Source: an uncultured Streptococcus sp.
Lineage (GTDB): Bacteria; Bacillota; Bacilli; Lactobacillales; Streptococcaceae
Length of the DNA: 54,286 bases
Direction of reading: 5' to 3'
NCBI GenBank assembly: GCA_963523365.1
Contig: CAURCE010000001.1
Location: 1 to 54,286 of the forward strand
Shown: piece by piece, positions 1 through 10,351 of the stretch
Position numbering within the stretch: position 1 is the stretch's first letter
Layout: each line of letters begins with the position of its first letter
The notes under the pieces: model-generated
The model's database searches: none
The model's input: the letters and a program-made list of their open reading frames with translations, nothing else
Told to the model about the DNA's origin: nothing
Program-made: the position numbers and the translations under genes

Positions 1-86
1 GCTTGTGAATCACGTCCGTTTGATGTAGAACCTCCACCTTTTTTGTGGGCGAAAAGTTGCAAGTTGTTAAGAGTCATTTTTAACAT
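1..86 (-). CDS. rpmA: 50S ribosomal protein L27, 5' part (runs off window start), with Firmicutes N-terminal extension
   Basis: Manual translation from ATG at 86: [36 protein letters not shown] upstream; follows rplU-prp. Confidence 0.97.
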   Translation of the reverse strand, partial: MLKMTLNNLQLFAHKKGGGSTSNGRDSQ

Positions 87-102
87 AATGTTTTCCTCCG
101 TG

Positions 103-456
<354 letters not shown>

Positions 457-462
457 TTAAAA

Positions 463-777
463 TTAAGCGTTGATTGCGTTGATGACAACTTTTGTATATG
501 GTTGACGGTGACCTTGTTTACGGTGGCTACCTTTTTTAGGTTTGTACTTGTAAGTAACAACTTTCTTTTGTTTTCCTTGTTTTTCAACAGTTCCAACTAC
601 AGTAGCTCCAGCAACAAGTGGAGTTCCGACAACAGTGTTTTCACCACCAACAAGAACAACTTCGTTAAAAGTAACTTCTTGACCAGCTTCAACGTTCAAT
701 TTTTCAACGTAAACTGCTTGACCAACTTCAACTTTAACTTGTTTTCCGCCAGTTTTAATGATTGCGTATGTGCTCAT
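463..777 (-). CDS. rplU: 50S ribosomal protein L21
   Basis: [16 protein letters not shown]...GHRQPYTKV; start set at 777 after GGAGG RBS, not at 894 as in the ORF track. Confidence 0.98.
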
Positions 778-789
778 TATGCACCTCCT

Positions 790-910
790 ATGATTTATTG
801 GGGTTTCCCCGTATTTTTGTGAAGACTCGCCTAGCATCGTGGGACGAACCACTTTATACTCACTATGTGGGCAACGATGTTCGAGCGGTTGCACAGGCCG
901 TGCATAGTCA
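790..910 (-). ncRNA. Probable L21 ribosomal protein leader (structured 5' UTR)
   Basis: GC-richer, hairpin-forming ~120-nt leader between promoter and rplU RBS; position matches the known Firmicutes L21 leader; boundaries approximate. Confidence 0.65.
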
Positions 911-918
911 ACATTCTT

Positions 919-947
919 AGTATAGCACTTCTACTAACCTTTTGCAA
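919..947 (-). promoter_or_regulatory. SigA promoter of rplU-prp-rpmA
   Basis: Minus strand TTGCAA-N17-TATACT with extended -10 TG. Confidence 0.7.
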
Positions 948-1005
948 GTAATTTTATTTAATGAAAACGGATTTTCCACTAAATATCCTCATTCTGTACT
1001 TCCAT

Positions 1006-1605
1006 TTATTTAAAATATACAATCTGCCCTTCTTGATTGACATGAACCTCAATAGCTATCGGAGGCTTCAAATGTTTTTTAGCTGATCTGGCAAGACTTT
1101 TATTACTATCTGAAACATTGACCTCTCGCTCCTTTCCATCAACGTTAATAGTAAAGGTAATACGAGAATAGGTAGACTTACTTCCTCCGGTCTCGGTATC
1201 AACACCAGTCACTAAAGCCAATTTTAGCTCGGTTATCTGATTAGTAAAATAATGATAGCGCCAAATGCCATTGGTCATTCGATAGCCTTCATAAGCAGGA
1301 AAGATAAAAAACATAAGAAGAACGCCAATTATTGTGACAAAAATAGCTCTGCCCTTACTTTTTTGGCTTTGACGTATGGTATTCCATTTATTTCTCATGG
1401 CCTTCTTGACAGAGCCAGCTTCCTTAATATCTTTATGATATCCCCAAAATAAGAGAGCATACAAGCTTAGGAAAATCTGGAAATGAACTAAGAGACCAAT
1501 AAAATAAGTCCAACTGGGTATTCCAAACAGCAAAGCATTATCTTGTCCATCTTTCCAAGACAATGCTCGCATGAGCCCACTCAAGAAATAATCCCACTCG
1601 TTCAT
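1006..1605 (-). CDS. Hypothetical membrane protein
   Basis: 199-aa ORF with two hydrophobic segments and a beta-rich C-terminus; AGGGG RBS; AT-rich. Confidence 0.75.
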   Translation of the reverse strand: MNEWDYFLSGLMRALSWKDGQDNALLFGIPSWTYFIGLLVHFQIFLSLYALLFWGYHKDIKEAGSVKKAMRNKWNTIRQSQKSKGRAIFVTIIGVLLMFFIFPAYEGYRMTNGIWRYHYFTNQITELKLALVTGVDTETGGSKSTYSRITFTINVDGKEREVNVSDSNKSLARSAKKHLKPPIAIEVHVNQEGQIVYFK

Positions 1606-1680
1606 AAATATCCCCTTTTATCTTCAGCATCAATGGAAATAGCTTCCAGATTCTTTTAGTAAAAAGCTACTTCTAAACTC

Positions 1681-2895
1681 CTACAACAAGTCCTCAATCA
1701 GCTCATCAACTTCATCAGTCTCTGCTTGTGGTCTGATTTCTGTAATCATGATGCCTGCAACAGCGCGTTCTACCAAGCCTTCAACGTCTAGGCGAGCTTC
1801 GTACTGCTCGGCATTCTTGATTTTCGGATTAGTTTTAGGCCGGTCGGGCGCAAAAATAGTGCAGCAGTCTTCAAATGGCTGGATAGAGATTTGGAAAGTA
1901 TCAATTTTTTCTGCAATCTCAATGATTTCCAGCTTATCCATCGTCACAACAGGACGGATAACCGGTGTATTGGTCACGGCGTTAATAGCCTGCATACTCT
2001 CGATGGTTTGACTTGCCACCTGACCAAGACTTTCTCCATTGATGATGACTTGAGCGCCTCGCTCCTCTCGAATCCGGTCTGTAATGCGCATCATAAAGCG
2101 ACGTGTCAGTGTCATGAGATAGGCTTCTGGAGCCTTAGCCTTGATTTCCTCCTGAATCTCTGTAAAAGGCACTTCGATAAACTGGATATTGCCACCAAAC
2201 TTTGTCAATTTTCGCGTTAAATCCTGAGCTTTTTTCAACGCACCTGGGCTAGTATAAGGCGGACTAGCAAAGTGAACCGCCTCGATGTCTACACCACGCT
2301 TGAGAGCCAGATAACCAGCCACCGGTGAGTCAATCCCACCAGACAGCATGAGCATGCCCTTGCCTGAAGTTCCGACTGGCAGTCCCCCAGCGCCACGAAT
2401 GGTCTCATAGGAGATATAAGCTGCTTCTTCACGAATCTCGACCCGTAGGTCAATATCTGGCGCTTTCATCTTGACCTGAACATTTGGGATGGCCTCAAAA
2501 ACAGCATCCCCAAGCGTCTGGTTCAGCTCGCGACTATCCAATTCAAAGCTGTGATCACTGCGTTTGCTGGAAATCTTAAAGGTCATACCTTCTTGATAGA
2601 CTTCCTTCATGATGGTTTGGACAGCTTCGATTAGGGCTGGTACAGACTTTTCGATTTTGTAAGACGGCGAGAAATTCTGAATCCCAAAAATCTGCTTGAG
2701 CGACTCAGCGACGGGCTGATAGTCTGTTCCATGCAGATAGACATGAGTTCGGTCACGGTCAGCCTTGACATGGACCTGCGGATAGACTGACAAAACAGCC
2801 TGAATATTGCGTTTGAGTTTGTTGATAAAGCGCATGCGGTTCTTGCCCTTGGTAGACAGCTCACCGTAGCGTACCATAATTTCTGAATAATGCAT
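1681..2895 (-). CDS. thiI: tRNA 4-thiouridine synthase ThiI
   Basis: [13 protein letters not shown] start, THUMP region, PP-loop [16 protein letters not shown]. Confidence 0.97.
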   Translation of the reverse strand: MHYSEIMVRYGELSTKGKNRMRFINKLKRNIQAVLSVYPQVHVKADRDRTHVYLHGTDYQPVAESLKQIFGIQNFSPSYKIEKSVPALIEAVQTIMKEVYQEGMTFKISSKRSDHSFELDSRELNQTLGDAVFEAIPNVQVKMKAPDIDLRVEIREEAAYISYETIRGAGGLPVGTSGKGMLMLSGGIDSPVAGYLALKRGVDIEAVHFASPPYTSPGALKKAQDLTRKLTKFGGNIQFIEVPFTEIQEEIKAKAPEAYLMTLTRRFMMRITDRIREERGAQVIINGESLGQVASQTIESMQAINAVTNTPVIRPVVTMDKLEIIEIAEKIDTFQISIQPFEDCCTIFAPDRPKTNPKIKNAEQYEARLDVEGLVERAVAGIMITEIRPQAETDEVDELIEDLL

Positions 2896-2898
2896 TGT

Positions 2899-4041
2899 TT
2901 ACCTTACTTTTCTAGTTTTTTCGTAAATGATTCTAAAAGTTGTCAAAAACTGCTCCATCTGGCTCATATCGTTGTTAAGATCCAAACTGATACGGACAGC
3001 AGTCTGAGCGAGAGATTTCTCAACGCCCATAGCGATTAGGGTTCCTGCTGGCTTACCGGCCTTAGAAGAGCAAGCGCTAGTAGTCGAGATATAGATCTCG
3101 TAGTCTTCAAATGCATGGACGACGACTTCACCCCGCACTCCCTTGATACCAAAGGTCAGGATATGAGGCGCAAAATCTTCCAAGCCTGAGAAGACCACCA
3201 CGTCGGGATACTTCTGCAGCTCTTCAAGGATAATCGCCTTCATCTTTGCTGTTCGTTTGGCAAATACTTCTTGCTGTTCCATGGATAAACGCAGAGCCTT
3301 GGCCGTGGCTGCAATGCCTGCTAGATTTTCCGTTGTGGAGCGCTTGTCCGACTCCTGACCGCCACCTGTCAAGAGGGGACTGATTTTCTTGCCAGACTTG
3401 ATATAGACAAATCCTACGCCCCGAAGGCCGTGAAATTTATGACTGGAGAATGTCGCAAAATCCACGCGATCCGTCAGATAAGCCGCTGTCGGAATCTTCG
3501 TAACAGCCTGGACAGCATCCACGTGAAAGGAAATAGTCGGTTTGTCTGCTAGCAGTTCAGATATTTTCTGAATGGGCTGAATACTGCCGATTTCATTATT
3601 GACTGCCATGATAGAGATCAGAGTGGTGTCAGGTCGAATCAGCTCCGCTAGCTTGTCTACCTCAACAAAACCTGCCTTATCTACTGGCGCAAAATCCACT
3701 TCAAATCCTTGACTCTGAAGCCAGAGGGCTGATTCTTTAACCGCGGGATGCTCAATGTTGGAAACGATGATGTGTTTGCCAAAGGGAACTTTTTCAAAAG
3801 CAACTCCTTTAAGCACCCAGTTGTCCCCTTCTGTTCCTCCAGACGTAAAAAAAATCTCCGACGAAGACTTGCCTAAAAGCTCTGCTATTTGCCGACGAGA
3901 GGCCTCTAAGAGACGGGTCGCCTGACTGCCCAAACTATGCAGGCTAGAAGGATTACCCCAGATTTTAGAAGCCACTTCTGTATAGGTAACCAGCGCCTCT
4001 GGGTAAGGCTTGGTTGTCGCTGAATTATCTAAATAAATCAT
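2899..4041 (-). CDS. Cysteine desulfurase (IscS/NifZ type) paired with ThiI
   Basis: IYLDNSATT, FTSGGTE, SSHKFHG, SACSS motifs. Confidence 0.95.
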   Translation of the reverse strand: MIYLDNSATTKPYPEALVTYTEVASKIWGNPSSLHSLGSQATRLLEASRRQIAELLGKSSSEIFFTSGGTEGDNWVLKGVAFEKVPFGKHIIVSNIEHPAVKESALWLQSQGFEVDFAPVDKAGFVEVDKLAELIRPDTTLISIMAVNNEIGSIQPIQKISELLADKPTISFHVDAVQAVTKIPTAAYLTDRVDFATFSSHKFHGLRGVGFVYIKSGKKISPLLTGGGQESDKRSTTENLAGIAATAKALRLSMEQQEVFAKRTAKMKAIILEELQKYPDVVVFSGLEDFAPHILTFGIKGVRGEVVVHAFEDYEIYISTTSACSSKAGKPAGTLIAMGVEKSLAQTAVRISLDLNNDMSQMEQFLTTFRIIYEKTRKVR

Positions 4042-4161
4042 CTTTTTCCTCTGTATTTATCAGTAAAAATCAATACTCCTATTGTAACACGAAACGAGCC
4101 TAGGAACAAGAAAAGGGCGCAGCTCCTATCTGATAAATTTAGGAACCAGCCCTGAAGACGA

Positions 4162-4992
4162 TTACTTCGCCTCGCCAATCATATCTAACTTTTTTAAATA
4201 ATCTTCAATCAGGAAGGCTGTCTCTTCAATTGATTTATCCGTAATATTGATGACCTCCGTCTGATATTTTCTAAAGACTTCTTTGGAATAGTCTAATTCC
4301 TGATAAATCTTCTCCAAATCTGTGTAACTGGTCGAGCGGGACAGCCCCAGCGAATTGAGGCGGTTGCTACGAATTTTGACTAATTTTTCTGGCTCACAGA
4401 CCAGACCGATCATCCTACGCTTGTCCACCTTATCTAAAACTTGAGGAAGCGGAACTTCTGGAATCAAAGGTAAATTGGAAACTTTGTAGCCCTTATTAGC
4501 CAAAAAAATGCTGAGAGGAGTTTTTGAAGTCCGTGAAACTCCCAGTAGAACTAGATCCGACTCCAAAAATCCCTGCGGAGATTTGCCATCATCATGCTTT
4601 ACAGCAAACTCAATCGCTGATATTTTATTAAAATATTCCGTATCCAAACGGTGCAAAGTTCCTGGTATCTCAATCGGGCTAATCCCAGTCTTTTCTCCTA
4701 CGATTTCAAAGAAAGGGTGCATGAGATCAATGTAGGCCAGCTTGTGGTTTTGGCTAAATTCTCTAGCTAGTCTAGCTAATTCTCCATTTACCAAGGTACT
4801 GATGACCAAGGCATCATCTTTTAAAGCATCTTGCAAAATTTCCAGCAATTCTTGCTCCTTATCTATAAAAGGAAAACGGTAACTATTATTAAATGTCAAA
4901 TCTGGATACTGCGCACTTACAGCTGACAAGAGTCGCTGCGAGGTTCCTCCCAAAGAATCCGAAATGCTATATACAATAATTTCTTTCTTCAT
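4162..4992 (-). CDS. Pyruvate phosphate dikinase regulatory protein (kinase/pyrophosphorylase, DUF299/YqfL family)
   Basis: SDSLGGT, AIEFAVKHDDG, GVSRTSKTP P-loop; adjacent to ppdK. Confidence 0.92.
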   Translation of the reverse strand: MKKEIIVYSISDSLGGTSQRLLSAVSAQYPDLTFNNSYRFPFIDKEQELLEILQDALKDDALVISTLVNGELARLAREFSQNHKLAYIDLMHPFFEIVGEKTGISPIEIPGTLHRLDTEYFNKISAIEFAVKHDDGKSPQGFLESDLVLLGVSRTSKTPLSIFLANKGYKVSNLPLIPEVPLPQVLDKVDKRRMIGLVCEPEKLVKIRSNRLNSLGLSRSTSYTDLEKIYQELDYSKEVFRKYQTEVINITDKSIEETAFLIEDYLKKLDMIGEAK

Positions 4993-4997
4993 TGTCA

Positions 4998-5633
4998 CTA
5001 CTCCTGTCTCTTTACTTCCGCTTGGCGCGCTTCCTGAATGATATAGTCTAGCAGGGCTGTCTTAGTCACCGTTCCTAAAATCTTGCGCTCATTATCTTTC
5101 TCTACCACCGGCATGGAGTCAATGGCAAAATCCTGCAAAAGAGCGGCCACCTCTAGTATATTCATATCCTTATGGCAGGTTCTAAGATGAGGCATCCGCG
5201 TCATACAAACTGCAATAGGCGTTGTTCCGATACTACTGGATAAAGCCGCTCGTAGCAAATCCTTTCGCGAGACAATTCCTAAGAGTAGCTTCTTTTCATC
5301 AATGACATAAAGAACATCCGCGTCATACATAAAGAGCCTTATCACCGCATCCTGGATGAAAGTGTCTTGAGACACCAAAACGGGAGAAACCATAATATCT
5401 TCCGCTTTCTTGCGAAAAGTGTCAAAGAAAAATAAGGTCTCTAAATCATTTCCTGAATAAGTATAGCCAACCTTTGGCGTCGCTTTTAAAATGCCAACCA
5501 ACGTCAAAAAGGACAGGTCTGAGCGTAAAGTTGCTCTAGAAATCTCCATCAATTCCGAAATCTTTTCCCCGCTAACGGGCTGTTCTTTCTTGACAATGTC
5601 AACAATCTGCTTTTGGCGTGCTGATAATTCCAA
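4998..5633 (-). CDS. ccpN: CcpN-like transcriptional repressor (HTH plus tandem CBS domains)
   Basis: N-terminal HTH (SRATLRSDLSFL, PKVGY), two CBS domains; TTG start; upstream of YqfL homologue as in B. subtilis ccpN-yqfL. Confidence 0.8.
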   Translation of the reverse strand: MELSARQKQIVDIVKKEQPVSGEKISELMEISRATLRSDLSFLTLVGILKATPKVGYTYSGNDLETLFFFDTFRKKAEDIMVSPVLVSQDTFIQDAVIRLFMYDADVLYVIDEKKLLLGIVSRKDLLRAALSSSIGTTPIAVCMTRMPHLRTCHKDMNILEVAALLQDFAIDSMPVVEKDNERKILGTVTKTALLDYIIQEARQAEVKRQE

Positions 5634-5740
5634 TACAATATGTCTCCTTTTTAGAGATAGAATACTCTATTTTTCATCTTTTTCTGTCATATTATATCAT
5701 ATTTTTATCTTATATCAATGAAATATAACGATTTTTTCCG

Positions 5741-5770
5741 TTGACAAATATATGTGATGTATATTAGAAT
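5741..5770 (+). promoter_or_regulatory. Probable SigA promoter of ppdK
   Basis: TTGACA-N18-TAGAAT upstream of GGAGG RBS. Confidence 0.55.
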
Positions 5771-5817
5771 ATAAACAAGGTATATATGACACATTTTTGT
5801 CTATTTGGAGGTAAGAT

Positions 5818-8445
5818 ATGACGAAATGGATTTATTCCTTTGAGGAAGGACGAGCCGAGCAAAATGCTCTTTTGGGTGGCAAAGGTGCCAATTTAGCTGA
5901 AATGACCAATTTAGGACTGCCAGTTCCGCCGGGATTCACCATTACGACGGAAGCCTGTATGCATTTTTTAAATAAGCCCTCCTTTTTTGAAGAAACATTA
6001 AGAGAGAATGTTTTGCAGGCTATTTCTGAATTGGAGCAAAAAACCGGCCAATGCTTCTCAGGAAATGAAGAGGAGCAACTGCTAGTCTCTGTTCGCAGCG
6101 GCGCCAGGTTTTCTATGCCTGGCATGATGGATACGATTTTAAATTTGGGACTGAATGATCTGAGAACCCAAACCTTGGCTTCCAAAACCAATATGGCTTT
6201 TGCTTACAACTGCTACCGCAGGCTGATCCAGATGTATGCAGATGTCGTTTTCCAAATTCCAAAAGAGGACTTCGATCACTTGCTCTCCTATTTTGAGAAG
6301 AATGCTGGTAAGACTGCCAACGACTTTAGTTTGGAAGAGCACCAAGCTCTCATTGATCAGTACAAGCAGCTGTATCGCGAGCATTATCAGACTTTTCCTC
6401 AAAATCCTAAGGAACAACTCTTCGCTGCCATCAAAGCCGTTTTCCGCTCTTGGAATAACCCACGCGCCCAAGTCTATCGCAAGCTCAATCAGATTCCAGA
6501 AGATTTAGGAACCGCCGTTAATATTCAAGTCATGGTCTTTGGCAACTTTGATCAAGAAAGCGGAACTGGAGTCGTCTTCACTCGAAATCCAGCAACTGGT
6601 CAAAAGGGCCTCTTTGGCGAATTTCTTTTAAATGCCCAAGGAGAGGATGTCGTGGCTGGTATTCGCACACCCGAGCCCATTCAACATCTGCAAGAAAAGA
6701 TGCCAGAAGCCTATGCTGCTTTTCAAGAATATGCCTACATCCTTGAAGATCACTACAAAGATATGCAGGATATCGAATTTACAATCGAAAAGGGCAAGCT
6801 CTATATCCTGCAAACCCGCAATGGTAAGCGAACAATCAAGGCTGCTTTGAAAATCGCTCTGCAATTAGTAGAAGAAGGCAAAATAGAAAAGTGCGAGGCC
6901 ATTCGTCGGATTAGCCCTACTCATATCAATCAACTGATTCACCCAGTCTTTGATGAAAATAAGCTCCAGCAAGCGACAATTTTAGCGCAAGGATTGCCAG
7001 CCAGTCCCGGTGCTGCAACAGGAAAAATTGTCTTTACTGCCAAGCGAGCCAAAGAACTACATGAAGCTGGCGAAAAAGTTGTGCTGGTCCGCCAAGAAAC
7101 TTCTCCCGAAGACATAGAAGGAATGATTGTCAGCCAAGCAATCGTCACTAGCCAAGGTGGAATGACCTCACACGCGGCAGTTGTCGCCCGAGGAATGGGA
7201 ACCTGCTGTGTAGCAGGATGTGGAGATCTACTTGTCCAAGAAGATAGTAAGACCATCCAGTGCGGAGATATCTTGCTCAATGAAGGAGATATTCTATCCG
7301 TAGATGGTCGGACTGGTTTTCTTTATCTGGGTCAAATCCCGACGGTCTCTGTAGAAAATGATCAGGATCTGCAGCTCTTGCTGACTTGGGCTGATGAAAT
7401 AGCTAAACTTACAGTCCGCGCCAATGCTGAAACGATTCAAGATTTGAAAACCGCTATTAGCTTCGGAGCGCAAGGTACTGGACTAGCAAGAACCGAGCAT
7501 ATGTTTTTCGGTGAGGAAAGAATCCTGCAAATGAGGAGATTAATTCTGGCCGAAAATGAAATAGAAAGACGGGAAGCACTTGCCCATCTTCTTGATTACC
7601 AAGCAGAAGACTTCTATCAGATGTTCCAGACTGTTGGCGAAAAGCCTATGATTGTCCGCCTACTGGATCCTCCAATGCACGAATTTCTCCCGAAAGACCA
7701 TCTAGAGATTGCCCTACTGGCTGAAAAACTCAATAAAAATGCAAGTCAACTAGAAAGAAAAATCACGCAATTGCAAGAAACAAATCCTATGCTAGGCCAT
7801 CGCGGCTGTCGCTTGGGAATCACCTTGCCAGATATCTATAAGATGCAAATAGAAGCTATCTTTAGCAGCGCCATTCGACTGCAGCAAGAAGGAAATCCAG
7901 TTCGTCCTGAAATTATGATTCCGTTGATTGCTACAAAATCAGAGCTTATCTATCTAAAAGAGTTGCTCATCAAGCATATCGAATGGATTTTCAAAAAGTA
8001 TCAAAGTCCTCCATTCCCATATGACATCGGAACCATGATCGAACTTCCGAGAGCCTGCTTCATTGCTGATCAGTTGGCTCAGGAAGCGGACTTCTTCAGC
8101 TTTGGAACCAATGACTTAACCCAGATGACTTTTGGTTTTTCAAGAGACGATATCGGAAAATTTCTCAATGATTATAAAGAGAAAAAATTGCTCAGCCAGG
8201 ATCCCTTCCAAAGCCTTGACCAGGAAGGTGTCGGCCAATTGATGAAATTGGCCATTGAAAAAGCTCGCCAAGTAGATCCAAACCTGTCCATCGGAGTTTG
8301 TGGCGAAGTTGGAGGTGATCCGACTTCCATTCCTTTCTTACAAGAAATAGGAGTCACTTATGTCTCCTGCTCCCCTTATCGAGTCCCAGCAGCTCGGCTA
8401 GCTGTGGCCCAAGCTGCCCTTAATTCTGAAACAACTCCAAAATAG
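5818..8445 (+). CDS. ppdK: Pyruvate phosphate dikinase
   Basis: LGGKGANLAEM, SMPGMMDTILNLG, GGMTSHAAVVARG phospho-His motif, FSFGTNDLTQ. Confidence 0.98.
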   Translation: MTKWIYSFEEGRAEQNALLGGKGANLAEMTNLGLPVPPGFTITTEACMHFLNKPSFFEETLRENVLQAISELEQKTGQCFSGNEEEQLLVSVRSGARFSMPGMMDTILNLGLNDLRTQTLASKTNMAFAYNCYRRLIQMYADVVFQIPKEDFDHLLSYFEKNAGKTANDFSLEEHQALIDQYKQLYREHYQTFPQNPKEQLFAAIKAVFRSWNNPRAQVYRKLNQIPEDLGTAVNIQVMVFGNFDQESGTGVVFTRNPATGQKGLFGEFLLNAQGEDVVAGIRTPEPIQHLQEKMPEAYAAFQEYAYILEDHYKDMQDIEFTIEKGKLYILQTRNGKRTIKAALKIALQLVEEGKIEKCEAIRRISPTHINQLIHPVFDENKLQQATILAQGLPASPGAATGKIVFTAKRAKELHEAGEKVVLVRQETSPEDIEGMIVSQAIVTSQGGMTSHAAVVARGMGTCCVAGCGDLLVQEDSKTIQCGDILLNEGDILSVDGRTGFLYLGQIPTVSVENDQDLQLLLTWADEIAKLTVRANAETIQDLKTAISFGAQGTGLARTEHMFFGEERILQMRRLILAENEIERREALAHLLDYQAEDFYQMFQTVGEKPMIVRLLDPPMHEFLPKDHLEIALLAEKLNKNASQLERKITQLQETNPMLGHRGCRLGITLPDIYKMQIEAIFSSAIRLQQEGNPVRPEIMIPLIATKSELIYLKELLIKHIEWIFKKYQSPPFPYDIGTMIELPRACFIADQLAQEADFFSFGTNDLTQMTFGFSRDDIGKFLNDYKEKKLLSQDPFQSLDQEGVGQLMKLAIEKARQVDPNLSIGVCGEVGGDPTSIPFLQEIGVTYVSCSPYRVPAARLAVAQAALNSETTPK

Positions 8446-8465
8446 CTCTACCATTTTGATAAAAC

Positions 8466-8512
8466 CAACAGCTCTAAGAGGCTTATCTCTCCGCCTTTTA
8501 GAGCTGTTGTTC
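8466..8512 (+). terminator. Hairpin terminator after ppdK
   Basis: CAACAGCTCTAA...TTAGAGCTGTTG inverted repeat. Confidence 0.7.
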
Positions 8513-8617
8513 TTCATTCTGTTGTGTGCGTTTTCATTTAAAAAATTCAGATTTTTGGAAGACTTTTCTAAATAAAAGACGTATAATAAATTAAGAACGA
8601 AAAGGAGCGACTTTTAC

Positions 8618-9037
8618 ATGGAAAACTATTCTCGCAAAGAAAAAAATAACAGCACTTCAAATCGAAAACCAGCTAGTCAGCATATCAAAACTGGCTTTTC
8701 CGCCCTACAAAAGACTATTGCTACAATTGCCAGTCTTCTTTCAATCGTCATTGCTTGCTTTACCATCATGAACCTTATGAACAACAATGACTCAAAATCA
8801 AAAACTGATACAGGCAACTCGACAACAACTACTACCATCATCAAAGAGGTAGAAAAAGAGTCTACATCTGTTAGCTCGACTCCAACAGAAACTTCTGCTG
8901 CTACTGAGACCGAAACATCCTCAAGCTCTTCAAGCGCAGAAACGAATACGAGCCATACAACTCCTTCCACTGATAGCAGTTCGACAAGCCAAGACCAGCA
9001 TACAACAACAGAGTCCAGCACTCAATCATCCAACTAG
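8618..9037 (+). CDS. Single-pass membrane protein with Ser/Thr-rich tail (DUF6556-like)
   Basis: Basic N-terminus, one TM helix, low-complexity S/T tail; AAAGGAG RBS; hairpin plus U-tract at ~9078-9105. Confidence 0.8.
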   Translation: MENYSRKEKNNSTSNRKPASQHIKTGFSALQKTIATIASLLSIVIACFTIMNLMNNNDSKSKTDTGNSTTTTTIIKEVEKESTSVSSTPTETSAATETETSSSSSSAETNTSHTTPSTDSSSTSQDQHTTTESSTQSSN

Positions 9038-9210
9038 GAACATTTGGAAGAGTGCCCCTTATCCAATCTATCCAAGAAAGCCTGAATATCACTTAGGCTT
9101 TTTTCTATTGCCAGCCTTCTCTTACTATTTGAGAAAAATTTTTAGCCTTTCTCTAATTTTTGGAGCCAAAAAAACTGTAAGGTCAAGAAGCCCCACAGCA
9201 TTTTTAAAAA

Positions 9211-9699
9211 TTAAAGTTCTAAAATTTGATAATCATAGCCCAGATGAGTCAAGAACTTAAAAAGATCTCGGGTCGCGACAAAAATCGTCTTTTCATTGGT
9301 ATTAGGATGGAAAGTCATGATATCCTCTGATACGATGTCCTTATCAAAATAAACTTGAATATCCTTTTCCTCATTGTTGAGCAGACCAAAAGGCGATACC
9401 GTTCCTGCTGGTAGGCTCATTTTCTCAGCCAAGGAGTCCAATGAGGCCATGCGAATCCGATCGGCTCCCACTTGAACTTTAAAGTCATCCATATCCAATC
9501 GTTTCTTGTCATCCATAATTAGAAGATAATACTGAGTTTTCTTCCTGTTGGTCAAAAACATGGACTTAGTCCGAACACCTTCCATGCCTTCAATATAGCT
9601 ATCTGCCTGCTCTGTCGTAAATGCAGGTGGGTGCTCCACCACATCAAAGGTGATCCCCAACTCTTGCAACTTGTTAGCTACTTGTTGATAAGCATCCAT
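9211..9699 (-). CDS. YbaK/ProX-family prolyl-tRNA editing domain protein
   Basis: VEHPPAFT, KSMFL, GTVSPFGL, FHPNTNEKT motifs. Confidence 0.9.
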   Translation of the reverse strand: MDAYQQVANKLQELGITFDVVEHPPAFTTEQADSYIEGMEGVRTKSMFLTNRKKTQYYLLIMDDKKRLDMDDFKVQVGADRIRMASLDSLAEKMSLPAGTVSPFGLLNNEEKDIQVYFDKDIVSEDIMTFHPNTNEKTIFVATRDLFKFLTHLGYDYQILEL

Positions 9700-9711
9700 A
9701 GTTTTCCTCCT

Positions 9712-10299
9712 TTATTGATGGATAATCTTTTGTACCAATGCTTGCAATTCTGGCACCACTTCTGCCTCAAACCAAGGATTTTTCGCCATCCAAATTTGGT
9801 TGCGGGGCGATGGATGTACCAAGGGAAAAAAGTCTGGCAGGTAGTCTTGATAATGCTGGACCGTCTCGGTCAGCTTAACTGTACCTTTTTGATGCAGATA
9901 GTATTTCTGTGCATACTGGCCAATCAAGATAGTCAACTCAATATCTGGTAGGAGCTCTAAAATCGGCTGGTGCCATTTGTCTGCAAAGCCCTTGCGAGGC
10001 GGTAAATCTCCAGACTTGCCATGCCCTGGGAAATAAAAATCCATGGGCAGAACCGCAAAATATCCAGACTGATAGAAAGTTTCTTCATCAACACCCAACC
10101 ATTCTCTCAGCCGGTCACCACTCTTGTCCTTCCAGTAAAGCCCCGCCTGCTGGGTTTTCAGCCCCGGCGCTTGACCGACAATATTAATCCGAGCATTCTT
10201 AGGCGCCGCAAAGAGTGGAGTGATCCCCTGTTCTGTGAAAGCTTTATTCTGTGGGTCAGCTATAATGGCCTTGGTAATATCTTCTATTGTCTGCATCAT
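9712..10299 (-). CDS. Uracil-DNA glycosylase superfamily protein
   Basis: IVGQAPG, DFYFPG, LIGQYAQ, PLVHPSPRN motifs; start reset to 10299 after GGAGG. Confidence 0.9.
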   Translation of the reverse strand: MMQTIEDITKAIIADPQNKAFTEQGITPLFAAPKNARINIVGQAPGLKTQQAGLYWKDKSGDRLREWLGVDEETFYQSGYFAVLPMDFYFPGHGKSGDLPPRKGFADKWHQPILELLPDIELTILIGQYAQKYYLHQKGTVKLTETVQHYQDYLPDFFPLVHPSPRNQIWMAKNPWFEAEVVPELQALVQKIIHQ

Positions 10300-10351
10300 A
10301 TTTCCTCCCTTGAAAAGAAACTCACCTGGCATAGCCAAATGAGTTCTTATT

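Noticed and set aside
778..894. N-terminal extension of L21 in the ORF track
   Set aside because: Covers the leader RNA; the RBS is directly before ATG 777.
8677..9021. 114-aa Val-rich minus-strand ORF
   Set aside because: Antisense reading of the Ser/Thr-rich codons of the 8618-9037 gene.
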